Part shown: positions 35,520 to 35,752 of the stretch, piece after piece
Layout of the letters: every line of letters starts with the position of its first letter
Position numbering within the stretch: position 1 is the stretch's first letter
Source: Paraglomus brasilianum
Lineage: Eukaryota
Reading direction: 5' to 3'
DNA: 35,752 nucleotides
Assembly (NCBI GenBank): GCA_910592345.1
Contig: CAJVPI010000315.1
Span: 1-35,752 of the forward strand
Notes under the pieces: generated by a model
The model's input: the letters and a program-made list of their open reading frames with translations, nothing else
What the model was told of the DNA's origin: nothing
Databases searched by the model: none
Made by a program: the position numbers and the translations under genes

Positions 35520-35752
35520 TCAATAGTAGGCATTACTACTACTACTACTATTTCCTGCATGATCTCCGGAGAGAATCAAGGCCCCATCAAGCAATGCCCG
35601 GAGAAAGATTCCCCGAGCGCCATTTTCATTACAGTTCCACAATTCCGGCACTTGTACAAGTATAGGCCTCGTTTGGGATAATAACACGGACCCCTAATTC
35701 TTCTGCTTTAGCCACCAGGCGTTGGCGAAATTGATAGTGGCCCCAGCAGAGC
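35520..35752 (-). pseudogene. 3' end of a Fanzor/TnpB (IS607/Fanzor2-like) RuvC nuclease gene, frameshifted; 5' part beyond window
   Basis: Three consecutive frames: LCWGHYQFRQRLVAKAEELGVRVIIPNEAYT (35751-35659), YKCRNCGTVM (35656-35627) and ENGARGIFLRALLDGAL...* (35627-35520). These are colinear with the TnpB C-terminus W.HY.F...L..K....G..V....E.YTSKTC..CG...C..CG...DRD.NGARGI. Confidence 0.88.

Overview
Intron-rich, AT-rich eukaryotic DNA, most consistent with an early-diverging fungus (Mucoromycota-like; inferred from gene and intron style, not verified). It carries spliced housekeeping genes (PEX16, RPL24, RPL34, TFG2, RDI1, mitochondrial L12, NSE1), an intronless TFG1, a DHA2-type MFS transporter, a DUF6533-like membrane protein, an OM14-like protein, an intronless Rv2258c-like methyltransferase, and a 31-aa two-exon metallothionein absent from the ORF track. 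Intergenic DNA holds DNA-transposon debris: pogo-like MITEs, an 89-bp Tc1-type MITE, an internally deleted Tc1 element and a decayed SWIM/MULE-like transposase. The most notable signal is at the right edge. There, the minus strand carries the 3' end of a Fanzor/TnpB-type RNA-guided nuclease gene broken by two frameshifting deletions, followed by hairpin-forming DNA where an omegaRNA would be expected. Exon boundaries were derived by hand and family calls come from recalled motifs; no database searches were run.
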